DNA of 64,000 nucleotides from contig NC_043013.1 in the NCBI RefSeq assembly GCF_006345805.1, positions 52,576,001 through 52,640,000 on the forward strand, written 5' to 3'. The number at the start of each line of letters is the position of its first letter. The stretch's first letter is position 1. This document shows positions 26,137 through 38,252 of this stretch, piece by piece. Below the pieces are notes generated by a model. That model worked only from the letters and a program-made list of their open reading frames with translations. It had not been told where the DNA came from and did not search any database. Source of the DNA: Octopus sinensis (taxonomy: Eukaryota). The translations under genes were made by a program, and so were the position numbers.

Positions 26137-26604
26137 CAAAGCCAACGTCACCATTAGTGCTAAACCTGTCATCAACATCACCATTCTTCGAGTTATCTTA
26201 CCTGTACTGGATAGACTTATGAGAAGGACAGAGATTCCAGGAGCGATAATGCCATCTGCTGCCAGATTATTGTGAGAATTCAATAGATTATTAAAGCATC
26301 AATCTTGGAGAATGTGCTAATGTGGACATAATTGGACGGCGTCTTTGATCTGGGGCCAAACTTGTGTAATTATTGCATATCGTTCACTACCTTATTTCAG
26401 ACACTCTCATCATTATTATTATTTCAATGGCTGTAATTGTTACACAACGTAAAATTGTTCCCACATGCGTATCCACACACACACACACACGCACGCACGC
26501 ACACACAAACACGTCTACACACACTCACACAGAGGCCGGCACATATATGCCCTCATACATATACAACGTGTGCACAAGTGCAAAAACACACACACCATCA
26601 TCCT

Positions 26605-26667
<63 letters not shown>

Positions 26668-26712
26668 TATAAATATTTACACACGTATATAAATAAATAA
26701 ATAATATATATA

Positions 26713-26752
<40 letters not shown>

Positions 26753-27232
26753 TATATATATTATATTATTTTATATTATATTTACCCTATACACATCTAC
26801 ATTCGTACTCACATGTATATATACGTATACTGATGCAGAATTATGCGCATGCATAGGCACGCATAGGTCCACACAGATACTCTTTCACACACAAATGCAC
26901 ACTCAAACACATACACACAAACACTCACACATACACACATTTATATGTATATTCCTTCATACATGCACATCTATACACGCATGGATCTATTTACATACAG
27001 GTAGATACACAGACAGACAAACACATATACACACACACCTATATATACCCGTATACATTCATATACATATTCATGCCTATAGATATATGCATGCACAGAT
27101 TTGCATGTATAGATGCTCTTGCACCTAAGCAAATGCACGCAAAACTTTGCCTTTCTTCAAACTAATGTCCATGGATACCAAGTGAGCATGTACTAATCAC
27201 TTGTATTGTTATTACCATCATCATCGTCGTCG

Positions 27233-27280
<48 letters not shown>

Positions 27281-27300
27281 CTAGTATTATATTTGTTGTT

Positions 27301-27682
27301 ATATATAGAGAGATAAAGCTGAAGTTGTCTGTGTATGGCAGGTTTGGTAGCCTTCAACTAACACTATCTCCTCCGAGACCCTGCGGCGCAAGTTGACAAA
27401 ATTGAGAGTATGATAGAAGAAGGCTTGCTCTTCCTTCCGTAGAAAACAAAAATTCAAATCGGACCATGTTAACACTAAAAATTATTTACATCATAAAGGT
27501 GCTTTCTTTCTATGAAAATCCCTATTTTTTACGATTTTTGGACTGCTGCGTAGCCATTTTTCGGCGTATTTCAACCAGAAAAATATTCACTTAAAGCTAC
27601 ATAATGCAAAATTTTTACTTTTCAAAAATTCCAATTCTAAAGGGTCGACACAAACCCGAGAAACGCCGGGTGATACTGCTAA
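27301..27682 (+). mobile_element. Probable non-autonomous Helitron-like element
   Basis: 5' ATATATAGAGAGATAAAGCTGAAGTTGTCTGTG; subterminal hairpin CCCG AGAAACGC CGGG about 10 nt before CTAA followed by T (CTRR|T rule). A similar 3' end occurs at 36796-36835. Confidence 0.45.
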
Positions 27683-27744
27683 TTATTAATATTATTATTA
27701 TATAGTTATCAAAGTTTTGAGACCATGAGGCCAATAAAAATCAT

Positions 27745-27788
27745 ATTATCATCATCAGCATTATTATTATTATTATTATTATATTATA

Positions 27789-27836
<48 letters not shown>

Positions 27837-27916
27837 CATTATTATTATTATTATTATTATTATATTATTATTATTATTATATTATTATTATTAATATTAT
27901 TATTATTATATCATCA

Positions 27917-27952
<36 letters not shown>

Positions 27953-27987
27953 GTTATTATTATCATCATCATTATTATTATTATTAT

Positions 27988-28041
<54 letters not shown>

Positions 28042-28084
28042 CATCATCATTATTATTATTAGTAGTATTATTATTATTATTATA
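27745..28084. repeat. (TTA)n array
   Basis: Direct reading. Confidence 0.95.
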
Positions 28085-28087
28085 TTT

Positions 28088-28240
28088 GTTCCAACTTTGC
28101 ATTCTGAGCTCAAATACCGCCGTGGTCCATTTCGCCTTTCAATTTTCCGGGATCGATAAAATATGTACCAGTTCGATATTGAAATCTAGTAGAGCGCATT
28201 CTCAAAATTGCAGGCCCTGTGCCTATAATAGAAAAGATCA
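28088..28240 (+). mobile_element. SINE family A, 5'-truncated
   Basis: GCATTCTGAGCTCAAATACCGCC...GGGATCGATAAAA. Confidence 0.75.
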
Positions 28241-28409
28241 TTATTATGTTGATAGTGTACATGAATGTTTTACATTCGGAATCAATATCCTTGATTGAGG
28301 GCCACAATGAGGTCCCTTAGATACGGAGATCCTTTCTTACAATCTTTGCTGTTCTCAATAACGCACATATCTGAATTAATGCAACACTTATATTTCGTTT
28401 TGGGATTTG

Positions 28410-28660
28410 GTTTGCAAGATTCTTTATATGAGTTCGTGTGTTGAAGCATATTCTGTCGTGTCTGGGGAGAGTCATTTTCTTTTTGTGCCTTATTCACCGG
28501 TAAAATTTCAAAACTATTTCAAGAGTCAAAACTATTGAAAAGGTTGCAAGACGCAACGAAAATTTTAGGAAAATAAAAATAAGAAAAAAGTGGCAATTTT
28601 ACCGGTGAATGTGTTATATTATAAGGCGCAAAAAGGAAATAACTCTCCCCAGACACAACA
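28410..28660. repeat. Inverted-repeat element (arms about 28458-28507 and 28595-28655)
   Basis: GTGTCTGGGGAGAGT...TTCACCGGTAAAATT pairs with AATTTTACCGGTGAA...ACTCTCCCCAGACAC. Confidence 0.8.
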
Positions 28661-28734
28661 GCAATACTTATAGTTACATTAATTTCAATGAGCGAACTGT
28701 TAAGTATTTTGGTAACGCTACTTAGGTACCTATT

Positions 28735-29192
28735 ATTATTATTATTTTGGCTTGGCTCAGATTTGGTCTTATCCCTGGTAGGAATTGAGTGGGTAGCGGG
28801 TTACTACCTGTAAGCTTAGATATCCACAAGTTCTCAGAAACTTTCAAGTGCTTAGATCCCTCCTGACAATCCTTGCTGTCCCTAAAGGACAGACTTTCTA
28901 TAGGAGCTTTTCGGGGCATTCTATTTCAATCTCCTTTAGCCGTCTGATTATATCTTGGCTTATTGTTCCCAACGCACCGATTATTATAGGCATGACTTTT
29001 ACAGCTCAAATGTTCCAAATTCTTCTTAATTCAAGCATTAAAGGATTGTATTTTGCTTCTTCCTCTTTCTTTACGATCCTGGAATCAAATAGGCATGATG
29101 TGTCGGTAAGCAACTTCGTTTTTCCTTATCTATGATGGTAATATCTGGTCTATTGTTTTCAAATTTCTTGTCCATTTGAATTGGAAATTCCC
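28735..29192 (-). mobile_element. 3' fragment of RLE-type LINE, lineage 2
   Basis: WEFPIQMDKKFENNRPDITIIDKEKR...KYNPLMLELRRIW...PIIIGALGTIS...LGTARIVRRDL*, then 3' UTR and (TAA)n tail. Confidence 0.88.
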
Positions 29193-29669
29193 ATCATCAT
29201 TATCATCATCATCATTATCATCATCACTATCACCACCAACACCATCATTATCATCATCATAACCATCATCAGCATCATCATCACATCATTATCATCATCA
29301 TCGTCATCGTCATCATTGTCATCATTAAATGTATAGAGAAATGTGAAGTCTGAGAATATTATGCATAAGAAAAAATATCACCGTAATCAAATAGGTTCAC
29401 CCTATTTAGTCGTTCTTCCTGCTGAAAATGGTAACCAAGTCTCTCTGAAATTGCACCAATCCGTCTTCAAAATGGGACGGCACATTACATAACATAATCC
29501 TATATATGTTGATGTTGAAGGAATAAAGAGTCCGGGTGGTCACGACTGGAATTTGTTTGATCTTAGATCTTCTCAATTATGGCTGACATCGGGTTAAGCA
29601 ATAACAACAAAAATAATTTTAAAAAATAAACAGTAACAAGTACGAAGAAATAAAGTTGAAGAAAAATAA

Positions 29670-29860
29670 ATGATGAGAAGAAGAAGCAGAAGAAGAAGAA
29701 GAAGAAGAAGAAGAAGAAGAAGAAGAAGAAGCAGAAGAAGAAGCAGAAGAAGAAGAAGAAGAAGAAGAAGAAGAAGAACAAGAAGAACAACAACAACAAC
29801 GACAACAAGAACAAGAACAACAAGAACAAGAAGAACAAGGAGAAGGAGGAGGAGGGGGAG
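29670..29860. repeat. (GAA)n/(CAA)n/(GGA)n array
   Basis: Direct reading. Confidence 0.9.
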
Positions 29861-30688
29861 GATTAAAGTGATGCTGTTAATGAAAATAGAAAATTTTTTT
29901 AAATATTTAGAAACCAAGAATGAAGAAACAGGAAGGAAGAAATGAAAAGATGAAAAGAGGAAAAGAAGAAAAAGAAGAAAAAAGAGGAAAAAGAAGGAAA
30001 GAATTAGCCAAATTTGTTCTTTATAATTAATTTCATTTTGAAAAACAATGACAAATTAATCGATCTGAAGTTGTGCGTTTATTTTAATTTTCTCTATCAT
30101 TAATACCATTATCATTATAGTAATTATAAAATGTTATTCCCTTCACCATCATAACCATTACGAGGAATGCCATGAACATCAACAAGACCAATACCACCAC
30201 CACCACCACCAACACTACCATCGCTAACAACAATTACAACAACAACGACACACAGCAACAAGAGCGCCATGAATTTTTTTTCTTTCTAAATCTTGTTTGT
30301 ACACGAGTTTTATAATCAGCATAAAGTTCTATTTAGCAACTAATGCTGTAAAACTAAACACTGTACATGGTGTTTTACACTCATTTTACTTGATTTCTCT
30401 CCTTTATTTTATTTCTTCTTCTTCTTTTTCTTCTTCTTCTCTTCTTCTTCTTCTTCTTCTTCTTCTTCTTCTTCTTCTTCTTCTTCTTCTTCTTCTCCTT
30501 GCTGCTGGTGTTGTTTGTGGTCGGAGAAAGACGTAGGACTGGTTAGGGGCGTGTTGTTTTAGTTTTTAATTTAATTTAAAATTATTTTAAAGTTTAGTTA
30601 AATTTCATCTTCTCTATTATATTTTTAGCAAATATTTTTTTCCTTCGTGATATTTTTATCACAGTTTTTTTTACAATTTCTCAAGTAG

Positions 30689-30690
<2 letters not shown>

Positions 30691-30727
<37 letters not shown>

Positions 30728-31014
30728 TATTATTATTATTATTATTATATTATTATTATTATTATTATTGTTATTATTATTATTATCATTATATTATTAT
30801 TATTATTATTAGTATATTATTATTATTATTATTATTATTGTTATTATTATTATTATAATATTATCATATTATTATTATTATTATTATTATTATCATTATT
30901 ATTATTATTATTATATTATTATTATCATTATTATTATATTATTATTATATTATTATTATCATTATTATTATCATTATTATTATTATCATTATTATTATCA
31001 TTATTATTTTATTA

Positions 31015-31058
<44 letters not shown>

Positions 31059-31080
31059 TATTAATATTATTATTATTTTA
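30691..31080. repeat. (TTA)n array
   Basis: Direct reading. Confidence 0.95.
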
Positions 31081-31432
31081 TTTCCCGGAGCTCTCGGAAT
31101 AACATGTTTGTTACAATCACTCTCCGAAACACACTTAGCATCCTAGGGCGAGTGAAGATAAGAGATGTTACACTATGACTGGGAACTTGGTGAGAAGGCG
31201 TGGTAGTGGCCACAGGGAATTATCTTCATGTAATACAACACAGACATTTTAATGGATAGGGTTTTTTCTAAGGGTGTGGGCAGTACTTGTCAGCACAAAC
31301 GTTTGGATTTCTCTGAGACATGGTTCTCCCGGGATCTTATCTGGTTGTTTCTGACATTCCTTCGTATTATTACTAGGGCACCTACAATAACAGGAACATT
31401 TCCCAATTTATGTTCCTGCACAACATTCCCAT
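31081..31432 (-). mobile_element. 3' fragment of RLE-type LINE, lineage 4 (copy 1; copy 2 at 32350-32704)
   Basis: VPVIVGALVII...DKIPGEPCLREIQTFVLTSTAHTLRK, then 3' UTR ending in (TAA)n. Confidence 0.8.
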
Positions 31433-31560
31433 AATATCTTAACTTCCATTAATTTTAACTTTTAATTTTTTTATATTTTTCATTTTAACTTTTTAATTGT
31501 GTGAGTGTATATATGTGCGTATTTGTATATATATTATAAGTATGTGTGTTATTATTATTA

Positions 31561-32128
31561 TGTTTGATGTTTGGTTTGTATTTGTACAAGTTGGCTCCAA
31601 GTCTCACCGAAAAACCTCAAGAGACAACAAGTTAGAAGTTTATGTTGCTGTTAGGCGTAGGGTGTCATATATATGGTTTTGAACGAAGTATTGTTCTAGA
31701 GAATGTTTAAGAAACCAAGAAAATTCTAAGTTTGTATTAAAATTGAGATTACATAGACAATATTTTGCGTAAGATATGGGCAGTTCCCATGAGCGTTATC
31801 TTTTGAATTTCTGCCGTTTTGGGGTTTCCTGGTATCTGAGCTACGTAGAAATCAGTCCCTTTGGCAATCATTCCTAGGGCAACTATTACAACAGGTATTG
31901 TTTTAGTCTTGAGGCTCCACATTTTGCCAGTTTCTATTTCAAGATCTTTATATTTGCTCAGTTTTTGGTAGGTCTTGACAGATACGTTTATGTCGATTGG
32001 GACAGTTGTATCAATGAGGAGGCATGAGTTTTGTCTAAAGTCTTTTAATATAATGTATGGCCTATTCGCATCTATATTCTGACAGTTTGAATGGTGATGT
32101 TCTAGAGGAGTGAGATGTGATCATTTTC
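31561..32128 (-). mobile_element. 3' fragment of RLE-type LINE, lineage 3 (copy 1; copy 2 at 32833-33404)
   Basis: DHISLL...ANRPYIILKDFRQNSCLLIDTTVPIDINVSVKTYQKLSKYKDLEIETGKMWSLKTKTIPVVIVALGMI...EIQKITLMGTAHILRKILSM*, then a TAA tail. Confidence 0.9.
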
Positions 32129-32129
32129 A

Positions 32130-32164
<35 letters not shown>

Positions 32165-32283
32165 TATTATTATTATATTATTATTATTATTATATTATAT
32201 TATTATTATATTATTATATTATTATATTATTATTATTTTTATTATATTATTATTATTATTATATTATTATTATATTTTTATTA

Positions 32284-32327
<44 letters not shown>

Positions 32328-33412
32328 TATTAATATTATTATTATTTTATTTCCCGGAGCTCTCGGAATAACATGTTTGTTACAATCACTCTCCGAAACA
32401 CACTTAGCATCCTAGGGCGAGTGAAAGATAAGAGATGTTACACTATGACTGGGAACTTGGTGAGAAGGCGTGGTAGTGGCCACAGGGAATTATCTTCATG
32501 TAATACAACACAGACATTTTAATGGATAGGGTTTTTTCTAAGGGTGTGGGCAGTACTTGTCAGCACAAACGTTTGGATTTCTCTGAGACATGGTTCTCCC
32601 GGGATCTTATCTGGTTGTTTCTGACATTCCTTTCGTATTATTACTAGGGCACCTACAATAACAGGAACATTTCCCAATTTATGTTCCTGCACAAACATTC
32701 CCATAATATCTTAACTTCCATTAATTTTAACTTTTAATTTTTTTATATTTTTCATTTTAACTTTTTAATTGTGTGAGTGTATATATGTGCGTATTTGTAT
32801 ATATATTATAAGTATGTGTGTTATTATTATTATGTTTGATGTTTGGTTTGTATTTGTACAAGTTGGCTCCAAGTCTCACCGAAAAACCTCAAGAGACAAC
32901 AAGTTAGAAGTTTATGTTGCTGTTAGGCGTAGGGTGTCATATATATGGTTTTGAACGAAGTATTGTTCTAGAGAATGTTTAAGAAAACAAGAAAATTCTA
33001 AGTTTGTATTAAAATTTGAGATTACATAGACAATATTTTGCGTAAGATATGGGCAGTTCCCATGAGCGTTATCTTTTGAATTTCTGCCGTTTTGGGGTTT
33101 CCTGGTATCTGAGCTACGTAGAAATCAGTCCCTTTTGCAATCATTCCTAGGGCAACTATTACAACAGGTATTGTTTTAGTCTTGAGGCTCCACATTTTGC
33201 CAGTTTCTATTTCAAGATCTTTATATTTGCTCAGTTTTTGGTAGGTCTTGACAGATACGTTTATGTCGATTGGGACAGTTGTATCAATGAGGAGGCATGA
33301 GTTTTGTCTAAAGTCTTTTAATATAATGTATGGCCTATTCGCATCTATATTTCTGACAGTTTGAATGGTGATGTTCTAGAGGAGTGAGATGTGATCATTT
33401 TCATTATTATTA

Positions 33413-33482
<70 letters not shown>

Positions 33483-33509
33483 ATATTAATATTATTATCA
33501 TTATTATTA

Positions 33510-33568
<59 letters not shown>

Positions 33569-33601
33569 GTTGTTGTTGTTGTTGTTGTTGTTGTTATTAT
33601 C

Positions 33602-33860
33602 GAGTGAGAGAGCAGTGAATGCCATCAAAGTGACACTGGGGTAAAATATACGAAACCCACTATACCCATCATGACTACTCGTCTGATAAGGGTACACCAG
33701 GCACATGCATCACAACCATATATGCTCGACATGGTGATCTCATATCAAGATAAACAGCGCATGACCTTGCAGGTGTAGCTCAAAATATTATTCAGGCTGA
33801 GTAGCTCAAAATTTCCCTGAATAACGGTGTTTAAGGATGTTGAACGAAACACCCATGTTT
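33602..33860 (-). mobile_element. 3' half of the TAA-associated interspersed repeat
   Basis: Matches 3350-3456; its CCCTGAATAACGGTGTTTAAGGATGTTGAACGAAACACCCATGTTTC is the reverse complement of 63950-63997. Confidence 0.85.
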
Positions 33861-34020
33861 CACTCCACACTTTATGATAACTCTCATCTTCAAATCCGGT
33901 TTTCTTTCACCTCGGTTCCAAAAGATATTTTCTGTGGAACTCTGAAGTGCCACCTTCATAGAAGAAACATATAGAACTGTATTTCGCGCCCTGAATTCAT
34001 ATATATATATGTATATATAT

Positions 34021-34248
34021 GGCAAGAAAAAAATGGAGGGAATCCAGAGGTAGTATTCATCAGTTGTTAGACATTATAATATGTCTATTTATTTATTTTA
34101 AACTTCTCTTCTTTCTCTATTCTAGAAATTACTAATACTTTACATATGTATTCATATATTTTCTGAACTGCTTAAAATAAATAGACTTATTATAATGTCC
34201 AACAACTGATGAATACTACCTCTGGACTCCCTCCATTTTCGTCTTGCC
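34021..34248. repeat. Fold-back inverted repeat, ~80-bp arms
   Basis: GGCAAG..ATGGAGGGAATCCAGAGGTAGTATTCATCAGTTG pairs with CAACTGATGAATACTACCTCTGGACTCCCTCCAT..CTTGCC. Confidence 0.9.
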
Positions 34249-34511
34249 GTATAAATTAAGTGTAAAACCACTTATTACCCTCGGCTAATTATTACTCTCA
34301 GTAGGGTAATTGCTTGACACGCAGTAACCAACACTTGTGTATCAACTAGTCATGCTACCAGCAGTATATTGTATAGATACTATCCCTCAGTTGGTTGGAT
34401 TCCCAACCTAAAACTCTGCTTGAATTATATATATATATATATATAAATTAACAGAATGAGATAAAAAAACCAAGACAGTAAATAGGTTTCAATACATTTA
34501 TCAAGAAAAAG

Positions 34512-34557
34512 GTCTTACAGCTGTTTCAGGGTTATTATGTATCCCTTCATCAGAGAC
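34512..34557 (-). ncRNA. Minimal type I hammerhead ribozyme motif (canonical core)
   Basis: GTCT-CTGATGA-AGGG atacataataa CCCT-GAAAC-AGCT-GTA-AGAC: all core nucleotides, stems I/II/III, GUA site, palindromic loop 3. Confidence 0.8.
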
Positions 34558-34815
34558 GGTGCGAGAAAATGCTTGAGTATTAATCATTGTAGAGAAGATA
34601 TGAAATACAGAAGGAAGTAAGAGAATGAATATAAAACATACCAGGTTCAAGAAAATTTCTTCACCCCCAATATTTTTTCCACCACTTATGTACACCATTC
34701 TACTTGAATAATGTAACTTCAAATACAATATCTCACTTCTATGTTCATTCTCTTACTTCCTTCTATATTTCATATCTTCTCTACAATAATTAATACTTAA
34801 ACATTTTTTCGCACC

Positions 34816-34863
34816 GTCTCTGATGAAGGGATATATAAAATATCCCGGAAACAGCTGTAAGAC
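34816..34863 (+). ncRNA. Minimal type I hammerhead ribozyme motif
   Basis: GTCT-CTGATGA-A GGGATAT ataaa ATATCCC G-GAAAC-AGCT-GTA-AGAC; predicted cleavage after 34859; A.G mismatch at the base of stem II. Confidence 0.8.
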
Positions 34864-35360
34864 CTTTTTCTTGATAAATATTATGAAATCTATTTACTGC
34901 CTTGGTTTTTTTAAATCTCATTCTGACAATTTATATAAATTCATGACCCACGTTGGACTCCTCACTCGTATCATTAGCGAGCCCAGAGTTTAACCATGGT
35001 CTATCCATAGAACTTACTTAGCGTTTACCCGATACCTTTTGGGTCTTCTTGACACCAATACCTTTCATACTTGAGATGTATATATATATATATCCAAAAG
35101 GAGGGAGCGAAGAAGTCAAGATTCAAGCTACACATGCTTCCTAGCTAGCAGATACTCCGATGTAACAATTGCTCAACGTGAATACTCATCCAGATACTCA
35201 CCAGGCCGAGGACACCTTAGTTATATGAATGTTACATTGTCGTTAAGAAATCCCAAATGAATTCGCCAAAAATATAATTTTAAATAAAGTTACACACTTC
35301 CTACACTTAGATCCCTAGGTTTTAAAATTACATACAAACACCTCACACACCACCACACAC

Positions 35361-35412
<52 letters not shown>

Positions 35413-35479
35413 ATAATGTATATTATATGTATGTATATATATATATACACGTTACATGTATACACATACACACACAAAC

Positions 35480-35522
<43 letters not shown>

Positions 35523-35899
35523 CACACGAGCGTTCACACATCGTTTCGTGTCTATTACCATTAAGTACAATACACAATAGAATTCAATGAAACGTGATAT
35601 AAGCAACACCTTTCCATTCGTTGGGTGTTCTTCATTCTGCTTTTTTCACTGCATTTCCTCATGCTCTTGTGGCCTTTTTTCACTCTGTGATATAGCTTTT
35701 AATTTATAGTGCTCTCTGAACTAACGTGTGTGTGTGGGTGTGGATAATATATATATATATATAATATATATATAAAGTATATATATATTATATATATATA
35801 TATATATATATGTATATGTATATATATACAACCACAATAGATTTAAATATGTATATATATGTGTATATATATATGTATATATATATAATTATATAACAC

Positions 35900-35941
<42 letters not shown>

Positions 35942-36115
35942 CATACACACATATATGTATATATATTTATTTGTACATATATATACAGATATATATATAT
36001 ATGTATATTTGTATGTATAGATAGAGATATATATGTTAATTGTATTATATAACACACACATACATACTTACATACATACATATATATATATATATATACA
36101 TACAATAAATATATA

Positions 36116-36150
<35 letters not shown>

Positions 36151-36517
36151 CGCATATAAATCTATTGTGGTTGTTTTGTATCTGTGGTTATTGTTACTGT
36201 GGTACCTTCCACTACTGTAGCTAAATTTGCCGTGGTCGTTTCGATTTCACAATCAACGGCTAAAATGTTCAAGCTGGACTCCAGGACAGCAATTTGACAG
36301 TTTAATACAGTGACTGCTTTGTAATACACAAACACACTCATGCAGTCACAACAACAAACAAAAAGTTCAGGAAAACGCGTCGTCATTTTCATGCTTTTAA
36401 ATATTTATAATACTCACAATGTATCAATTGTCCAACTGGAACTCTGAATTTCCACATGCACTAAGACACTCGTTTTCTTTGTACAGAAACAAAAGGAATC
36501 CACCTATGTTTCGTGTG

Positions 36518-36578
<61 letters not shown>

Positions 36579-37370
36579 TGTGTGAGTGTCTCTTTATTTG
36601 AACACCCACCATTGCTTGTCAACTTATGTTTCTGTGTTTACGCTCCTATAACCTAGAGGTTCGGCAAAAGCCACTGACAGAATAAATACTCGGCTTACAA
36701 AGAATAAAGCCTTTAGCCGATTTGCTCGAGCAACAGCGGTACTGCAGCATGGCCGCAGTCATAAGACTGAAACAAATATAACAATCAAAAACTATACCAT
36801 TTACTCACGAGCAAGGCCGGGTATCTCTGATAGTATATATATATATACATAGATACATAAACCGAAATATTGTTATATAAAATATAGAAGGTGCAAAGGG
36901 CTTTATTAGCAGGACACTCTGAGCGAGGGAATATGAATGAAAGAGAGCTGTTTCTAGATTGTGGGGTCATTCTCAAGGTAATAGTTGTCACCAATAACTT
37001 TAGTATGTACTCATCATTAAAAATCTAGTCGAAACGGCAAAATTAACTTGAAATTTTAATTAAGCAGTTCGTGTCTGTGAATCTAATTTGTACCTAGGAA
37101 TTTAATGTTAATGTTCGTTTCCGTAATTAAATGTCATATAAATTCGTTGAAAATCAGTATAGCTAATTAAGTATTTAATGATTATTTGTAATAAGGTACA
37201 TGGGAAGTTGATGTAAAATTTATAAACCAAGAATAGTTAAACTGGTTATCGATAAATAGTTCGTGAAGTTCAATCTGAAAAAAATCCAATTTGTTTACAG
37301 GTACATGTATTTTAGCTGTACCTAAACGTTTCCTAGTATTAAGGGTGCAGGTTTCACTTCGTGACAAATT

Positions 37371-37787
37371 AGGAGTGGCTGTGTGGTAAGTAGCTTGCTT
37401 CCCAAATACATGGTTCCGGGTTCAGTCACACTGGGTGGCACCTTAGGCAACTGTCTTCTACTATAACCTCGGTCGACCAAAGCCTTGTGAGTGGATTTGG
37501 TAGACGGAAACTGAAAGAAGCCCGTCGTATATATGTATATGTATATATATGTGTGTGTGTGTTTGTGTTTGTGTTTGTTTCCCTCCCCCCAACATCGCTT
37601 GACAACCGATGCTGGTGTGTTTATGTCTCCGTAACTTAGCGGTTCGGCAAAAAGAGACCGATAGAATAAGTACAAAGCTTACAAAGAATAAGTCCTGGGG
37701 TCGATTTCATCGACTAAAGGTGGTGCTCTAGCATGACCACATTCAAATGACTGAAACAAGTAAAAGAGTAAAAGAGTAAAAGAGTAA
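37371..37787 (+). mobile_element. SINE family B, full length
   Basis: AGGAGTGGCTGTGTGGTAAG...GGTTCAGTC...GACGGAAACTGAAAGAAGCC...AAATGACTGAAACAAG with an (AAAGAGT)n tail. Confidence 0.92.
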
Positions 37788-37915
37788 ATAGACAAATAAA
37801 TAAGTATTTGGGAATTTTCGGCTGATGTTATTTGTAAGAATCAATAATCAATAATATTTTGCTATCATTTCAGAGTTCAATTTGTTTGAATTGAAATAGT
37901 TTAAAGTTTCTTTTT

Positions 37916-38252
37916 GATAAAGTGATAGTATGTTGTCAACTTAATATGACAGTCCCATAAAAGGGGAGAATACTACTGTTATTTAACCCTAGGAAGCACC
38001 GTTTCCTGTTGGACTTGACACATTTCCTGTGTCCTTATGCTACTCCAGACTGATAATGAGCTATGACTCTCAAACTTCTCTCTGGATGCTGGCTTTGCTA
38101 CGTGGTGGTGCTTGTCTCCACTTTGAAAACTAAGGACGCAGGTAATGTGTCAAGTCCAACAGGAAACGATGTTTCCTAGGGTTAAATAACAGTAGCTTTC
38201 TTCCCTATCATGGGACTGTCACATTAAGTTGACAACATACTATCACTTTATC
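37916..38252. repeat. Fold-back inverted repeat, ~120-bp arms (37916-38037 and 38131-38252)
   Basis: GATAAAGTGATAGTATGTTGTCAACTTAAT pairs with ATTAAGTTGACAACATACTATCACTTTATC, and the pairing continues inward. Confidence 0.92.

Larger units (their letters stand above)
31081..33404. repeat. Tandem duplication of a ~1.05-kb unit (31081-32128 and 32350-33404)
   Basis: Near-identical copies differing mainly by 1-nt homopolymer indels, separated by (TTA)n. Confidence 0.95.
34441..34936. repeat. Fold-back inverted repeat, ~190-bp arms (34441-34632 and 34740-34936), each arm carrying a hammerhead
   Basis: Arms align along their length, e.g. TTATCAAGAAAAAGGTCTTACAGCTGTTTC with GAAACAGCTGTAAGACCTTTTTCTTGATAA. 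Confidence 0.92.

Noticed and set aside
36228-36262. Minus-strand GCCG-TTGATTG..C-GAAAC-GACCA-CGGC
   Set aside because: Too many core mismatches and no NUH triplet.
36162-36392. 76-aa minus-strand ORF as a middle exon of the putative gene
   Set aside because: Weak splice sites and no recognisable homology; cannot be supported.
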